Source: Camelus dromedarius | Taxonomy: Eukaryota | Direction of reading: 5' to 3' | Assembly: GCF_036321535.1 (NCBI RefSeq) | Contig: NC_087436.1 | Location: 100,752,001 to 100,816,000 of the forward strand | Length of the DNA stretch: 64,000 nt | Shown here: piece by piece, positions 39,397-53,144 of the stretch | Layout of the letters: each line of letters opens with the position of its first letter | How positions within the stretch are numbered: the stretch's first letter is position 1 | Position numbers and translations under genes: made by a program | The notes under the pieces: model-generated | Databases searched by the model: none | The model's input: only the letters and a program-made list of their open reading frames with translations | What the model was told of the DNA's origin: nothing

Positions 39397-39809
39397 TGCT
39401 ACCAAGTCCAAGCTTATACTGCTCGCCACACGACAGGCCAATAAATTGTGAGATGAGTTGCGAGGGTGAGGAATAGCGACTTTATTCAGAAGGCCAGCAG
39501 ACCTAGAAGATGGTGGGCTAGTGTACTAAAGAACCATCTTCCCAGGGTTAGAATTCAGGCTTCTTTTATACCTAAAGGGGAGGGGGTGAATCCTGGTTCC
39601 AGCCAGACTCCAGATAGGGTGTGTTAATTTCATCCTTCCTGCCACCATTCACAGGTGGGTCTGGTCAGGCTGTTTCTTGTGAGTTAAACAAAGGCATTTT
39701 AGCTTAATGCTCATTCCCTGGGAGGCAGGGTTCCCAGAGATGGGCCATTATGTATAACTTAAGCTTATAGGCAACATTCCTTTAGTTATTAACTTGTTTT
39801 CCTATTACA
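39397..39809 (-). mobile_element. ERV1 solo LTR (cetartiodactyl MER41-like)
   Basis: TG...CA ends, 4-bp TSD CACA (39393-39396, 39810-39813). Minus-strand AATAAA (tttatt at 39481) and TATA box (ttttata at about 39564). Confidence 0.88.
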
Positions 39810-39884
39810 CACACATTTGACATAGTATAACCGAGTTGACATTACATTATGGGGAATAAGTCTGGTTTGTGCTGGATAAGATGA

Positions 39885-40035
39885 ATAATGGCAATGGACA
39901 TTATTTGGGCATTTACTACGGATTAGGCAATACACTAGGCTTTGTGTATAGATTAACTCATTCAATCATCACAACAACCACATGAGGAAATATTATTAAG
40001 CCTATTTTTTAGAAGAGAAAATTGTAGCATAGAGG
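39885..40035 (-). mobile_element. MIR SINE
   Basis: attaactcattcaatcatcacaacaaccacatgagg...cctattttttagaagagaaaattgtagcatagagg. Confidence 0.8.
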
Positions 40036-42874
40036 AAAAAACAAGAGAGAAACCAAGAGGAGAAATAAAGTTAGAGGGCCAGAAAAAAATGTGCATTTAT
40101 ATTCAAAGATCCATGAAAGCTGAAATAATTTTTTTTCCCTTTGGCTATGGCTTCAAGGCTGATACTTTCCAAGATGGTTGTTTCACTTCCAAACTGCTCA
40201 TAAAACACATCACTGCATAGAAATTAAGTTAATTTGCTCTAGAAAGACTTTCATTTAAAGTCATTTACTGAAAAGTGAGCCAACGGTTGACTTCTGGAAG
40301 GAACTACTAGCAATTAAACATCCAGACCACAAAAGGAGTAACCAATGATTGATAGCAATATTTGTCAAAACATATTCATGAGGATTACTGTGCTTTGTAA
40401 AAGCTTTATGTCTGCTTTTTCCTAATGAGCACTCAGCTGAGTGCTTCACATTTCTCTGGTAATGTATTTCTGCTTAATTTAAAAATAGACCTAAATCAGA
40501 GATCGAAGAGTTTCTTAATATGCTGGCATGTGCAATCTGTGATATTCAGGTTATATATACAACTGGGCTTTACTGAAATTAAGGCTACAAGGTATTTGGT
40601 TTATATTTAGAAGAAGAAAAATATCTACTTGAAATATTTCCCACGATTCCTCCCTGACAATCATTTCCCTGCATTTGCTTTTACTTTTACACATTTTGTG
40701 AAGAAAAGATATAATTGCACTTTCCTTAAGAAGGTCAGTTGAAGGCAGTGACATATGATTCACCTGATAGTTTTCTTTCTTTTTGTAAACAATGCAAACA
40801 TTAGGGAAAATGATAAATTCTAAATAGATGCTCTATAATACTTTTGTCAGCAAATTATTCTAAATACCCTACTAAATACCCTATATGTTCCCCTCAGTTT
40901 CTCTGCAATTTGAAAAAAAATCTTGACGCACGGGAACTTTGCAATTGTAAGATATTTTTTAGAAAGACAGAACTGGTGTTTGGGGAAATGGACATTGATG
41001 ACCAAAATATGAGGAGAATTGGCTATTCTGTTGTGGTGTAAAAATAACTCTCTTGTTTCAGGCTCACTTTCACAAGACTCCCTTCCTTCCTGTTACGTCC
41101 CTTATTCTAACTGCAATAGCTTTGTCATGGGCTTCACTTATTTTCAATATTTTTTTATTTCTAAAATTTGCCCCTAAAGCATTCTTATTCATGGAGTCGT
41201 CCAATCATCAAGGCACCTATACTATTGTCCAATCATGAAGGCACTTAAATAATTTCAATTTCCTGAATAGTTTTTCTTTATAACCAAAATAATTACAGAC
41301 TAAAAAGAAAATGGCTTACGATGGCGTTATCACACTTGCTTGGATAAACATTGCCAAGTTATTTTCTACCTGTCCTATACATCTTTACTTGCTTTTTTTT
41401 TTTCTTTTTTCTTTCTCCCTTGGTCCAAAACAATAAAAGGTTTTTATGATTAGATAGAGTCAAGAGCTTTTTTCCCCACTGAAGTTATCGTGATAATTGA
41501 AGCTGAGCCCACCCCATTCTTGTCCACCATCTAGTTAGTAATCATTCATGTATGCACCTCTTTTCTAGTTAGATGTGACCCTTGTCATGAGTAACCCTCT
41601 GAATATTATTCATTTTCCTATTTTACAATGTAGAATAATAACTTGGGATTCAAGATTTTTCCCTAATCAGTGTTCCCCTCTTGACTTTCCTGAGTTCTAC
41701 TAATCAAAAAAATATTTCTCTCAGCTTAAGCAGCAAATCTCAGAGAATAATTCCATTTTTTTCTATAAAGATTTCTGATAGGCGGTAAATTCTCAAATCG
41801 TCACAAAATAACAGAATTTCCCTGACTCGTATTTGGTCACAAGGGTACAGTTTCCCACTTACCCATTTTGTTACACAGCACTCCTATTGGAAACTCATTT
41901 TTGTTTAATGTGATGTAAACTGGTCTCACTAGGAAGTGAGTGTCTTCACTCAGACAACTCTGCAATCTCGTTTGTCTGCCTAGACAAGCTAATCTGACTG
42001 TAATCATGTTACTTATCTTTTAATTTCGTTTGAAGCTGATGTACATCAGAAGTGGCATTCAGCTGGGAATCACGTAGGTAAAATTGATTTTTATCACATT
42101 TAAATGTTTCAGGGCCTGGGCACGTGTTTTTAAATATGCAATCTTAAACCACCGTGGGTGAGAATCCAACGGAGAAACGGCAGGCATAAACTCAATGGTG
42201 AAATATAACAAGGCTGTAATAATGCAGACACCATCCTAAGTAGGGTCCTGGTGATTCCAGTCCATATTGATTCTTTTTTTTTTCAGAGCGAATTGACCGT
42301 AGATAATCATCAACAAAGTCACAATATTTTATTACAGAACTAGAGAACCTATTGTTGTTCAAACAATTCCCAGCTGCTTTCCTCCTCTTGAGTTGAATTT
42401 ACCTACAATATCAAAAACAAGTATTAGGGAAAACAAAAATAATATCTGTCATTTCTAAACCTGATTCGTGAGAAATACTGATGAGAGCAGCAATTAATAG
42501 CCAAGCCATTTTAAATGAGGTACACAAACTCCAAATTCTGTATTGATAATAGCCACTGGTTGAGCAGGAAAAACTAGAAACCATAAGAGGTAATAATGCT
42601 TTTATTTAATTCATGATCTTGTCCAAACTACTTGATCAGAGAAAGATCCAGGTAGGCTTCAGTTTCAGGATCCTGAATTAGCTCATCTCCCAAAGTCCTT
42701 TCTTCAGGAATTGAGTGCTGAGAGCATTTACCATGGTGAGAGGGGCACATGAGGAGAGGTCCAGGTAAGAATAATGGGAGAATGGCCAGCCAAGCAATTA
42801 GAATGTGAATCCAGAACCATGATGACAATCATCTGGTGGTAGAAATCTGAGCAGATGGCTGAACTTAGGGAGGG

Positions 42875-43310
42875 TGATCAATCACAGCATTGTTTGTAGT
42901 AACTAAGTTAGAAATAACTCAATGCCCATCATTAGAGAAATAGATGACTAGAATGTACAATACTAATGGAACAATTAACAATAATGTATACAATGAGAGA
43001 TATATATGGAGATGCACATACGTACACACACACAGAAAATGAGGAAGAGACTTCAAGAACAAAATAAAAAGTGAAAAATTGAGTCACATTATTATCCGTA
43101 TTTTTTTAATTTCACTCTCTGAACTAAAATTCTTATAAACATACTTGTAGGTAGAAGGATAAACACAGACTAGAACTGTATACACTGACCTGCTGACGGT
43201 ATTTGTCTCTGGAAACATGGGCAGGGATTGTTTTAAAGGAGATACGATTATATGTATTGTTATGTTATTCTCAGTGCCTTTTTGTATTTGTGCACACATT
43301 CAGGCAATAA
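42875..43310 (+). mobile_element. Ancient L1 (L1ME-like) 3' region
   Basis: cacagcattgtttgtagtaact...aactcaatgcccatcattagagaaatagatga. Confidence 0.55.
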
Positions 43311-43479
43311 AAAAGAAAAGAAAAAAAGAAAACACAATGAAGTAGGTAATATCAAGAGAACCAGATATTTTGTATAAGGACTTCTGGAGCTTTGTGGTAA
43401 AGATGAAACCGATGCATGTGTGTTACTGGAAATCATTTACGAGAGGAAATGTCATTGGTCTCATTTGCTGCAGGTGATT

Positions 43480-44100
43480 GCATTATTCAGGACTCTCGGT
43501 TGCAAATGACAGAAACCCATGTTAAAGTAACTAAACAAGGAGGCCATTAGACTGAGGTGGCTGCAGTTCCTTGGTAGTAAGCAAAACCAAAACCTAAGCC
43601 AGAATCAACGCACTTGAATTTGAGAAAGTGAAACTTGAGAACAACCAACTAGGCTTTCCCAAATACGGCAACCAATGAAGCTTTAACCAATCAATTTTTT
43701 TTTTTTTTTTTTTTGGCTTTGCTTCTGCACAGTCTCTGTATAAACATTTCCCCTGTCTTCCCCTGTCAGGGGAGTCATTCCTAACCACTTTGCTTTGGCA
43801 CTGCCCCGTTGAAATTGATGTATATTCGAATAAACTGAAAATTTGAATGGGCATCAGTTTATCTCAGCACCCATTCATGCCAACTTAAACATGTGGAAAG
43901 TGTCTTCAAAATACAAGAACATTTTACGGGTAGGCTCAGGACAACGCTGGGTCATAGGAAGTGACTTTAAGAGTCAGATGTCATCAGAACTCTCTCAGTT
44001 TTGTCCATCCTTGTTTCTCCCTCATTTTCCTCCTTCTCCTCATACGCAGGCTCCTCCATCTTTACATGTCAGATAGCTCTCAGCCCCGGTCCAGTTTCCT
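43480..44100 (-). mobile_element. Old MaLR LTR (MLT1K-like), split by an ERV1 LTR
   Basis: attattcaggactctcggttgcaaatgacagaaaccca | ttcatgccaacttaaac. Confidence 0.6.
43520..43869 (+). mobile_element. ERV1-class solo LTR (MER57/MER93-like)
   Basis: TG...CA ends, perfect 4-bp TSD CCCA (43516-43519, 43870-43873), tataaa at about 43739 and aataaa at 43829. Confidence 0.88.
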
Positions 44101-45384
44101 TGTGAACAAAACTTACTCAAATTGGGTCTTTTATTCACCCCCAGATCAGTTAAATAGTGTTTCAAATAAGAAAATAAAGAGAGAAGTGGAGAGGAGTAGT
44201 CACTACTTAATGAAAAAAGAAAGAAGATGTTACTTTTCTGGTAAATATATACTGGAGGACAGAGAAGGAATTTTAAAGTCCAGGCATCTGAGTAGACAAA
44301 TCAGTATATCACACTGAATGATTGTATGCAATACTTACAATTATTTCCATTTTAAATCAGCCTATAGATCCTTGAAACCTGTTCTGTCGTTACCCCTTCA
44401 AGACCCAGTGTAAAATTTTTAAATAGAATTTATGGTACAGTTGTTAGTATCTGCCCTTAATAGTCAATTATCAGTTGACTATTATGTTCATATAATATTC
44501 ATATAACTATTTTATAAATATAAGAATGTTGCTAGTTATGGAATTTTAGTTCGTGCCAAGATTCTGTATCTTAGCCTTATTAAAACAGAGAGCACTCTAC
44601 TTAGTGTAATGATTTCAAGTAACCCACATGACATATTTGTTTTTATTTAAAATCTGTGCCTGGGTTAATTCAATAATGGAGGATAAATAACATCAAACTC
44701 AGTCATTTGAGAGCTTTTTGTCATTCTATTTAAAGATACTCTTTTATTGACTAACAAACTATTTTGTGCTTGACTGAAATGAAGAAACATTTAACCACCT
44801 CAGGTAGGCATTTCAAAATTTGTGTAATATATAGACACACTAAATTCCATGTATTATTATCTTTTACTTTGAGGTATTTTGATTAATATAAATTAAAAAG
44901 TCCTCAGTGGAAATGAACATATTAAAAGGTAATAAATTTAAAAAAGTTCATCAAAAAAGTGAAAACATAACACACTATAATACATTCGCAATTAAAGTTT
45001 CATTCTTTACATTTTTTTTAACATGTCTTTATATTTAGAAATCTGCCAACCTCGTATCTTCTGTTTCTCTTAGCCATCTCAAGGATGTTAGACATGAAGA
45101 TGAGAAATCATCAAACTCACTCAGCATCCCCAATTTATTATTTGCTGTTATTTTTGTACTTTTTTCTCTTGTTGGGTTCACTTTTGGCTACTGAAGGTAT
45201 GATTTATCCTATTCTTGGAATTGCTTAACCTCAAGAAGCATTTCTGAAACCTCAAAATTACAAATATAAGTATACATTTTCCTAGTGGGAAGGAAGAATA
45301 AATGGAGAAAGTATGTATTGCTAGATTATTGTAGACATGGGCCTAGCTAAAGATATGTATAGAAATACGGGTACAGACAGTGAA

Positions 45385-48300
45385 ATAGAGCTCCCAGAAG
45401 AAGTTAAGAACAGGAATAGGGTGGAGGGAATATTTGAAAAGATAAGGGCTAAGATTCTTTTCTAAATATAATAAAAATACTTTAACCTATGCATGCTATA
45501 TCCAAGATGGTCAGTGAACCTCACACAAAATACCTACAACAAAAACTATACCTAAGCCCTTCACAGTTAAAGGGCTATAAAGTGAACATAAATAGAAAAT
45601 TTCATCACCAGGCAAAGACAAAAAAGCACATAACACGCAGAACAATAATGAGTTAAGGCAGACATCTGATCAGAAACAGTTAAGATCAGAGGGCAATGAA
45701 ACAGAGTTTTTAAGAATTTAAAGAAAAAAAAAGTGAAACAAGAATTCTATCTCCAGTGAAAATATCCTTCAAACATGAAAATAAAATAAGGACTTTTTTC
45801 AGACAGACAGAGCTGAAAGTATATGCTTCTAGAAGAAATTTACTGCATGATATGACAAAATTAGTTCTTCATGCTGAAGGAAAATGCCAGAAAATGGAAG
45901 TCTGGACATTAAGAAAGAAATAAAAACACCAACAAGGGTATTCATGTGCACAAAATAAAGCAGATTTTTAAAATTATGTTTATTTGTATAAATGTATGTG
46001 TATGTATGCATTTGTAAGTATATGTGTGTTAATATACATGTGTGTGTATGTGTGGCTACATATGTATCTATACTATTATAAAAATTATTATACAAATAAT
46101 ATTAAAGTATAGGGAAAAAATGACAGAACTAAAGATAGAAAAAGATAAAACCACAATCCTAGTTGGATATATACCATACTTCATGGGAATTGATTTTTTT
46201 TAAGCTGAAAAAAATTCGTATGGCATGGAGGATTTGAGTAGGATTGTCAACCAATTTATTTGCCATGTAAAGATTACTATACCCAACAAGAATGAAATTC
46301 ACAATTTTTGTTCAAGTGCGTATTGAACACTCACCAAGATCAACCATATTTTGAGCCAAAAAGTAAAACTCAGTAAATTTCAAAGGACCAAAATATACAA
46401 AGCATATTCTCTGCCTAAAATAATGTAAAATGAGAAATCAATGATAATCAGATGTGTAGATAATTCATGAATATCTGCAAATTAAGCAATGCATTTCTAA
46501 ATAATTTCTACAAAAAACATAAAGCAAAATAGAAAATATTTCAACAATAATAATAATGAAAATAATACATAAAATTTGTAAGATACACCTAAAGCAGTTA
46601 TTAAAGAAATGTAGCACTTTTCTGAGCCCTTTTCAGCAAAGAATAAAGATGTAAAATCAATGACCTAAGTTTCTACCATAGAAGATTAAAAAAAAGAATA
46701 GCAATTGTATGTGAAAAATTAATTAGAAAAAATAAATTAACAAATAAAAGACTAGAAATCAATAAAACAAACAGAACAATAGACTAAATCAACAAAATCA
46801 AAAGTTGCTATTTTAAAAATTGATGAATTTTGCAAGATTGATCAAGAAAAAAACAAATTAACAACATCAAGAATTAAAGAGGGGCCATGATGAGAGATAA
46901 TAAAGAAACTAAAATGATAACAAGAAATTGTATGCCTACACATTGGGCAACTTACATGAAGTGGACAAACGCCTTTTAAAAAATGTAATTTACCAGAATT
47001 ATATAAAAAAGAGTAGAAAATCTGAACATTCATATAGTTATTTTAAATTTTTGAGCTTGTAAAAACATATATAAAAACAATCATAACAAATAAACAAAAA
47101 TCGTCAGTGCAAAGTAATCTCCAGGCCCAGAAGGTTTTACTAAGTCCAATTAAATATTTTAGAAGGAAATAATGCCAATGTTATAAAAATTCCTTCAGAA
47201 AATAAATGATGAGGGAGCATTTCCAAACTCATTCTGTGAGGCCAGCATGACCCTGGTATAAAAACCAAAGACATTATTAAAAAGTTCCAAGACACTATTC
47301 CTCAATAACTTATATAAATAACTCTTACAGAAAATTAGTAAGTCAAATCCAGCAATTTATAAAAAGGATAATGTATTACAAACAAGTATGGCTTATTTCA
47401 GAAATACAAGATTGGTTTAACATACAAAAACAAATGACTACATTTCACCGTGTTAACTGAACAAAGGAGAAAAAAAAAAAGTATGATCATTTCAATATAT
47501 GCAGAAAAAGCAGTTGACAAGATTCAACACATAATCATAATAAAACACCTCAGTAAAATATGAATGGGTGAAAACTTCTTCAATCATATTAAAAGTTTCT
47601 GAACAAATCTACAGCAAACATCATTCTTAAAAAGGAAACATAATGTTCATGTATAACTGAAAAATTGTGCTCTACACTGGAATTTGACACAACATTGTAA
47701 AATGATTATAAATTAATAAATGATGTTTAAAAAAAAAGGAAACATAAATTGCTTTCCCCAAAGAACGAGAACAGGACAATGATGTGCAGTTTCGATAACT
47801 GTATTCATCATTGTACCGGAAATGATGCATTAACCACTGCTTTAAGACAAGGCATCCAGACTGGAAAGGAAGAAGTAAAACCTTCCTTATTTATAGTCAA
47901 AAGATTGGGCTCCTAAGAAACCTGAAGGATATAATGATGACAACAACAAAATAAACCCCACTAGAAAAGTAACAGAATTTACCAAAGTTGTAGGATACAT
48001 GATCAATATACAAAAATTAATTTTGTATTTCTATGCAGCTTTAGGAAAAATAAATTTTAAAAGATAACTATAACAGTATAAAATTGTGAAATATTTAGAG
48101 AGAATACAATGGGTAAAGCTCCACTTTGAAAATTATAAATCATTGTTAAAATAATGAATGAAAATCTAAGAAAATGGAAAGTTACATCATCTTCTTGGAT
48201 TGAAAAACAATACTATCCATTCCTTCAAAATGATCTGTAGATCAACCCAATCACAATCAGAATCCTAATAGAATTTTTTAAAAGAAAATAGCAAGTTCAT

Positions 48301-49532
48301 TTTAAATTTGTTTAGAAATGTACAGCATCCAGAAAAGTCAAACCAATCTAGAAAAAAAACGAGCAGATGACAGATATTTACACAACCTGATCTTAAGACT
48401 AATTATAAAGTTAACATTAATCAAGGCGGCATAGTATTATCTTAAGCATAAATTTACAGATTAACAGAACAGGACAGAAAGCCTGGACCCAGACCCCACA
48501 CCCCACACATATATGGTCAATTGATTTTCAACAGAGGCACTTAGGCAATTCAGTGGAGGGAAAAAAAAAAAAACATATATATATATTTCAAATGATAGTA
48601 AACAAATGAACATCTGTACATATGTAAAAAAGACCATTGTTCCATACTTCACTCTATACCCAAAATTTAATTTGAGATGAATCAGAGACTTAAATATCAA
48701 AGCAAAAATCACAAATCTCTAGGAGAAAAGTGCATAGAAGAATATCTTTGGAACCTTAAGTAGTTCAATATGTCTTAGACTTTACATGAAAAGTACTAAG
48801 TAAAAAAAGAACACAACTAATACATTGGACTTCATCAAAATTAAAAATTTCTGCTCATCAAAAGTCAATGTTAAGAATAAGCCACAGTCTAATGGGAAAT
48901 TTAATACAAAAGAATCAGATTCAGCATTTTAAAATAACTCTTACACATTAACAATAAAATTTCAAAGAAAATTTTTTAATAGCCAAAAGATGAACAGACA
49001 TCTGAAATAGATGATATATAGATACCATGAAAAGATCCTCAACATTGCTAATCATCAGTAAAATGTAAATTAAAGCAAGGATGAAACATTATTTCATTTT
49101 CACTGAAGTAGCTTAGATTAAAAACTCTGATGGTACCAAATACTGGCAAGAATGTAGGACCCCAGGAATTTTCATCTTTACTGGCAGAGGTGTAAAATGG
49201 CAGACTTGGAAGCATAATGTTATCAATGTCTGACAAAGTTAAATAAATATCTCCTCTAACTCAGTACCAGAGAAAAGATAAACAGTTTGCATTGTAATCA
49301 CATCAAGAGATACCACTAGTAATACACATTCTGCTGAGTAAAAGAAGTCAAAAGTAATTACTTCTTGGAGAATAGGAATTGGCTGTGAGGAATAGAAGGA
49401 AACTTTGGAGGATGATAGAAATGTTTTGTATCTTACTTTGCATGGTGATTACATTGCTGTATAAATTTTACAAACTCATTCAAATGAATGCATAAAACCT
49501 GTGCATTTTATTTTATGTAAATTACACCTCAG
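45385..49532 (+). mobile_element. Large decayed old L1 (partial ORF1, ORF2 EN/RT remnants, 3'UTR)
   Basis: Remnant motifs: caccaagatcaaccatatttt (EN, KIDHIL-like), ccaggcccagaaggttttact (PGPDGFT-like), ccaaactcattctgtgaggccagc (PNSFYEAS-like), gcagaaaaagcagttgacaagattcaacac (AEKAFDKIQH-like). Many stops and frameshifts. Confidence 0.92.
47644..47732 (+). mobile_element. Very short, younger L1 3' end nested in the old L1
   Basis: Perfect 15-bp TSD aaaaaggaaacataa (47629-47643, 47733-47747) at a TT/AAAA site. Confidence 0.88.
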
Positions 49533-49569
49533 TGGAGAAATGCAACAAAGAAAAAGTGGAATTACAACC

Positions 49570-49910
49570 AATCCAATCAACAAGTATTTACTGAGTGAAC
49601 ACCAGCAAGGTCCAGTGATGGTGGAGGTGTAGCTAATGCCAACAGCACAAGATTTCTAATCTCTTCTCAAGCAACTGATATTTTCAGTACAGTGAAAGAG
49701 AACACACACATTACAAGTTAAATAATAGTTTTAAAGGCCAATATAAGTAATAGTACAATACATTCTATGGTTAACGGTAAGTCAAAATCTTCCCTTCATC
49801 TTGAGAGCAGAGGATGAGAATACTTTAAAACTGAAGAATTAAAAAGACTTCTTGGAAGCAATATATTTGAGCCTGGCATTTCAATATTAGTTAAGCTTTG
49901 GTTGAAGGAG
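49570..49910 (-). mobile_element. L2 3' end
   Basis: caatcaacaagtatttactgagtg...aaagacttcttggaagcaatatatttgagcctgg. Confidence 0.6.
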
Positions 49911-49971
49911 ACAAAATAAAAATGATATAGTCATGACCTCTTAAATTTTACTACATCTTTTGAAACATGGG

Positions 49972-50336
49972 TGAATTAGTTTCCAATCACTACTGTAAAA
50001 AATTACCACAGACACAGTGTCTCAAGGCAACACAAATATATTATAATTATAGAGGTCAACTGTCCATAATGGGTTTCACTGGATTAAAATCAAAAAGGAC
50101 CAAGCTCTTTCTGAAGGCTCTAGAGGAGAGTCTGTTTGCCTTTTCCAGCTTCTAGAGACTTGCCTTCATTCCTTCGTTCATGGTTTCTTCATTTTAAAAA
50201 TCAGCAGCATAGCATCTTTAGTCTCTCTCTGACCTTTAATCTCCTGCCTCTACTTACAAAGATCTTGCGATTACATTGGATCCACCTGCATAATCTCATC
50301 TCAAGATCTTTAATCTAATTACATCTGCAAAGTCCC
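49972..50336 (-). mobile_element. MaLR LTR (MLT1C/D-like), partial
   Basis: gccttttccagcttctagag...ctcaagatctttaatctaattacatctgcaaagtccc. Confidence 0.85.
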
Positions 50337-50527
50337 GAGAGGGAGAAAGAGAAGCATTTTTCTTTCACTACAGCAGGGAAAATCATCTTTTCACTCCAGG
50401 AAGGACTTATCTCATTGATCACAGGGGTGACTATTAATACATTTTCTTGATCCTAGAATAATGGTCTACAAAATCCTTCAAAGATCACTCCTTCACATCT
50501 TTCAGAAAGCAAAGTTTATTGGGTGAG

Positions 50528-51011
50528 TGTTTTAGTTACCTGTTGCTGTATAACAATCAAAATTTGATTACTTTAAACAAAAATAAACATTTATTTCGTG
50601 GTTTCTGTGGTTTAAGGATTTGGGGAGAGTTAACTGGCTGGTTCTGGCATGGGATACCTCATGAATTTGCTGTCAAGATGCTAGGGTCTACAGTCTTCTG
50701 CAAGCTTGACTGGGCCTGGAGGATCCACCTCCTTGATGGCTTCCTCATGGCTGGCAAGCTGGTTCTGCCTCTTGGTAGGAGGTTTGGTTTCTTGCCACTT
50801 GTATATTTCAAGAGGGCTGCTTGACATGGTGGCTGGCTTCCCCGTAATGAGAGATCCAGGAGAACTAGGTAGAAATAATAATTTCTTTGGCAAAGTGCAC
50901 TTTCTCCTGGTCACACAGAACAATCCTGTTAACAATTTGGGAGACTACACAAGGTGTGAATATCAAGAGTCCAGTTTCCTTAGGGCTGTCTTGGAGATGG
51001 CTGCCGCCATA
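50528..51011 (-). mobile_element. MaLR LTR (MLT1F-like)
   Basis: gcttgactgggcctggaggatccac...catggctggcaagctggttctg...actacacaaggtgtgaatatcaagag. Confidence 0.85.
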
Positions 51012-51807
51012 AGCAAATAGAATTTTTAAGGAAATGTACTAGATAGAATCTCAGCTATGAAACAGATCCCCACAGGCAGTGAGGGGAAAATGTCCATGAT
51101 CAATAAAGGATGTGAAATCAGCATTAAAAAAATATTTTGATTCTGTCTTCTAGAATTATCCTTATATATTTGCCTTTGAGGAAGAAAACTAAGAAGTATG
51201 CAGAAGACTTCATGAAAAATAGAATATTGTTGATACGGAAAACATGCAAGTTGAAATAGATCTAAACCACTGAAAATATTTGCTCTATATCGAGTATCTG
51301 AGACCTTGATACAGCATTTATCAGCTATGTGTTTACAGAATTAATCCTGCAAAAGTGGGCACAGCTTCTAAAGCCTCATTTCAACACACTTCCCAAAAAT
51401 GCATTGTTTGAATGGGAATTTAGCCAGCATTTCAAAAATCCCCTTGGCTCTAAATTTATTATTATGCAATGATCATAATGGAGAAGAAAAATAAGAAGTC
51501 ATTTAACCTTTTCTCTAAGCAGAACTGTTAAGGCAGTATTCAAAATAAGTGGATAATTCTTTGGATTTGTGTTCCAAATCTTGCCTTTTACTGGTGGTGA
51601 TAGTGACCTATGGTGATGCCCCCAGCACAAAGGTTGTTCCTGTATTGTAACATGTATATTTATTTAGCTTTTTTGGAAAGATGAAGTAAAAGTAGGTGGT
51701 GCTTGAGGACAGAGGACCAGAATATGGTTAAATAAATAACAACTCTGTTGCTCTGCTTCTTCTAAAGGCTTATGGTGTGATTTTTGCAATGTTCCTTTTC
51801 AGAAAAA

Positions 51808-51817
51808 AATAAAATAA

Positions 51818-51858
<41 letters not shown>
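51808..51858. repeat. (AAT)n microsatellite
   Basis: Directly visible. Confidence 0.95.
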
Positions 51859-51859
<1 letters not shown>

Positions 51860-53144
51860 GACAAGTGTTGCATTAGCCAGAAGGTACAAACCTCATAATC
51901 CCTGGGATACTCATTCAGCAAATATGTATACAGTACTTATTTTTCCTAATATGGTGCTGGACATTATAGAAAAATTGTCCAAAACAATAGCACATCCTTA
52001 ACCTCAAGAAACTCTGTGTGAAGGGTCCTGATACTTCTTAGTTTGGAGCTGTCAATTAGTTATTCTCTTGCACTCTGGATTCCCCTTGGCAGATCTTGGG
52101 GGGGAAAAAAAGTCAGAAGAAAATGAAAATATCAACTTTATTTAAGGCTACCCATAATGCAGACGCCTCAGGAATGGTGGGTGAGAGGCTAGCACTGGGG
52201 CAGACAACCAAAGTGCGGTGGACACCATCCACTTCTCTTATGACTTCCTCCTCTCAGCCCCCACCCCCTCTCCGATAATTCACCACTGATATCTCTCCAT
52301 TTGCCCACATTTAGGCTAAATCTGACAAAGCAGATGCTTATCCAATACAACAGCAAAGACTGTTTATCCTTTGGGATTAATATGCGTTTTATCTCCCTGT
52401 CTGAACGTCTCAAGATAAACCTAGGGCTACAGAGCAGAGTCCCCCACTGTGACAGGCTCTTAGTCGCCCCAAATAGCCCTGGAATGCATCAGCTATCTGA
52501 CACCTAAGGCCTTTCATTAACATATCTCAGCCCCAGAGTCGCTATGGTGGTGTGCATCCCGCGATTTTGCAGTCACTGAAATTTACAGCCAAACTCAAAT
52601 GAACGAGTGGGAAGATTTTAGAAGGAGCCAACAACACCTCATTCAGTAAGATTTCATTAATTATATCTAGTTAGAGATTAAAAGAAAGCAAATCACAGCA
52701 CAAGAGCTCCAGATAAACCTTTAGAGTGTGTATTAAAAAGTTGCTTTGAAACATAGGAAACACGAAATGGGAATGAATTAAATCGGTATCATTTCATTTC
52801 ACTAATGAGCAAATATATAAACAACTTTATTTGCTATCTGGACAGCTGCCAATATAAAAGCTCCTTCAATAACGAATTGCTATCCCCTTACTTATTAGAG
52901 TTGTATTTTTTACTTACTTCTCTTGCAGGTTTTTGGTGAAAAATATAAGTGCATTAAAATAAGAAGTTCAGAGGTCAAAACCTTAAAATACTTTAGGTTA
53001 CCTCATGGTCATAAGAATTAATTAGATTAACATATAATTATTGAAGCCCACATTAGTATGTAGGAGGAAGCTGACCTAGATAAAAGGAAGCTGAAATAGT
53101 GTAATGACTTTAGGAATATTATTGTACAGTAACAGTTTCTGTTT

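Noticed and set aside
39397..39809. Interferon-responsive STAT1 (GAS) sites as in primate MER41
   Set aside because: By eye I found no perfect TTCNNNGAA in this LTR or in 30364-30910.
1072..43869. Giant provirus bounded by two similar LTRs
   Set aside because: Each LTR has its own distinct TSD, and no gag/pol/env sequence lies between them.
45385..49532. Functional L1 or domesticated reverse transcriptase
   Set aside because: The ORF track shows no plus-strand ORF in this span. It has many stops, frameshifts and a nested insertion.
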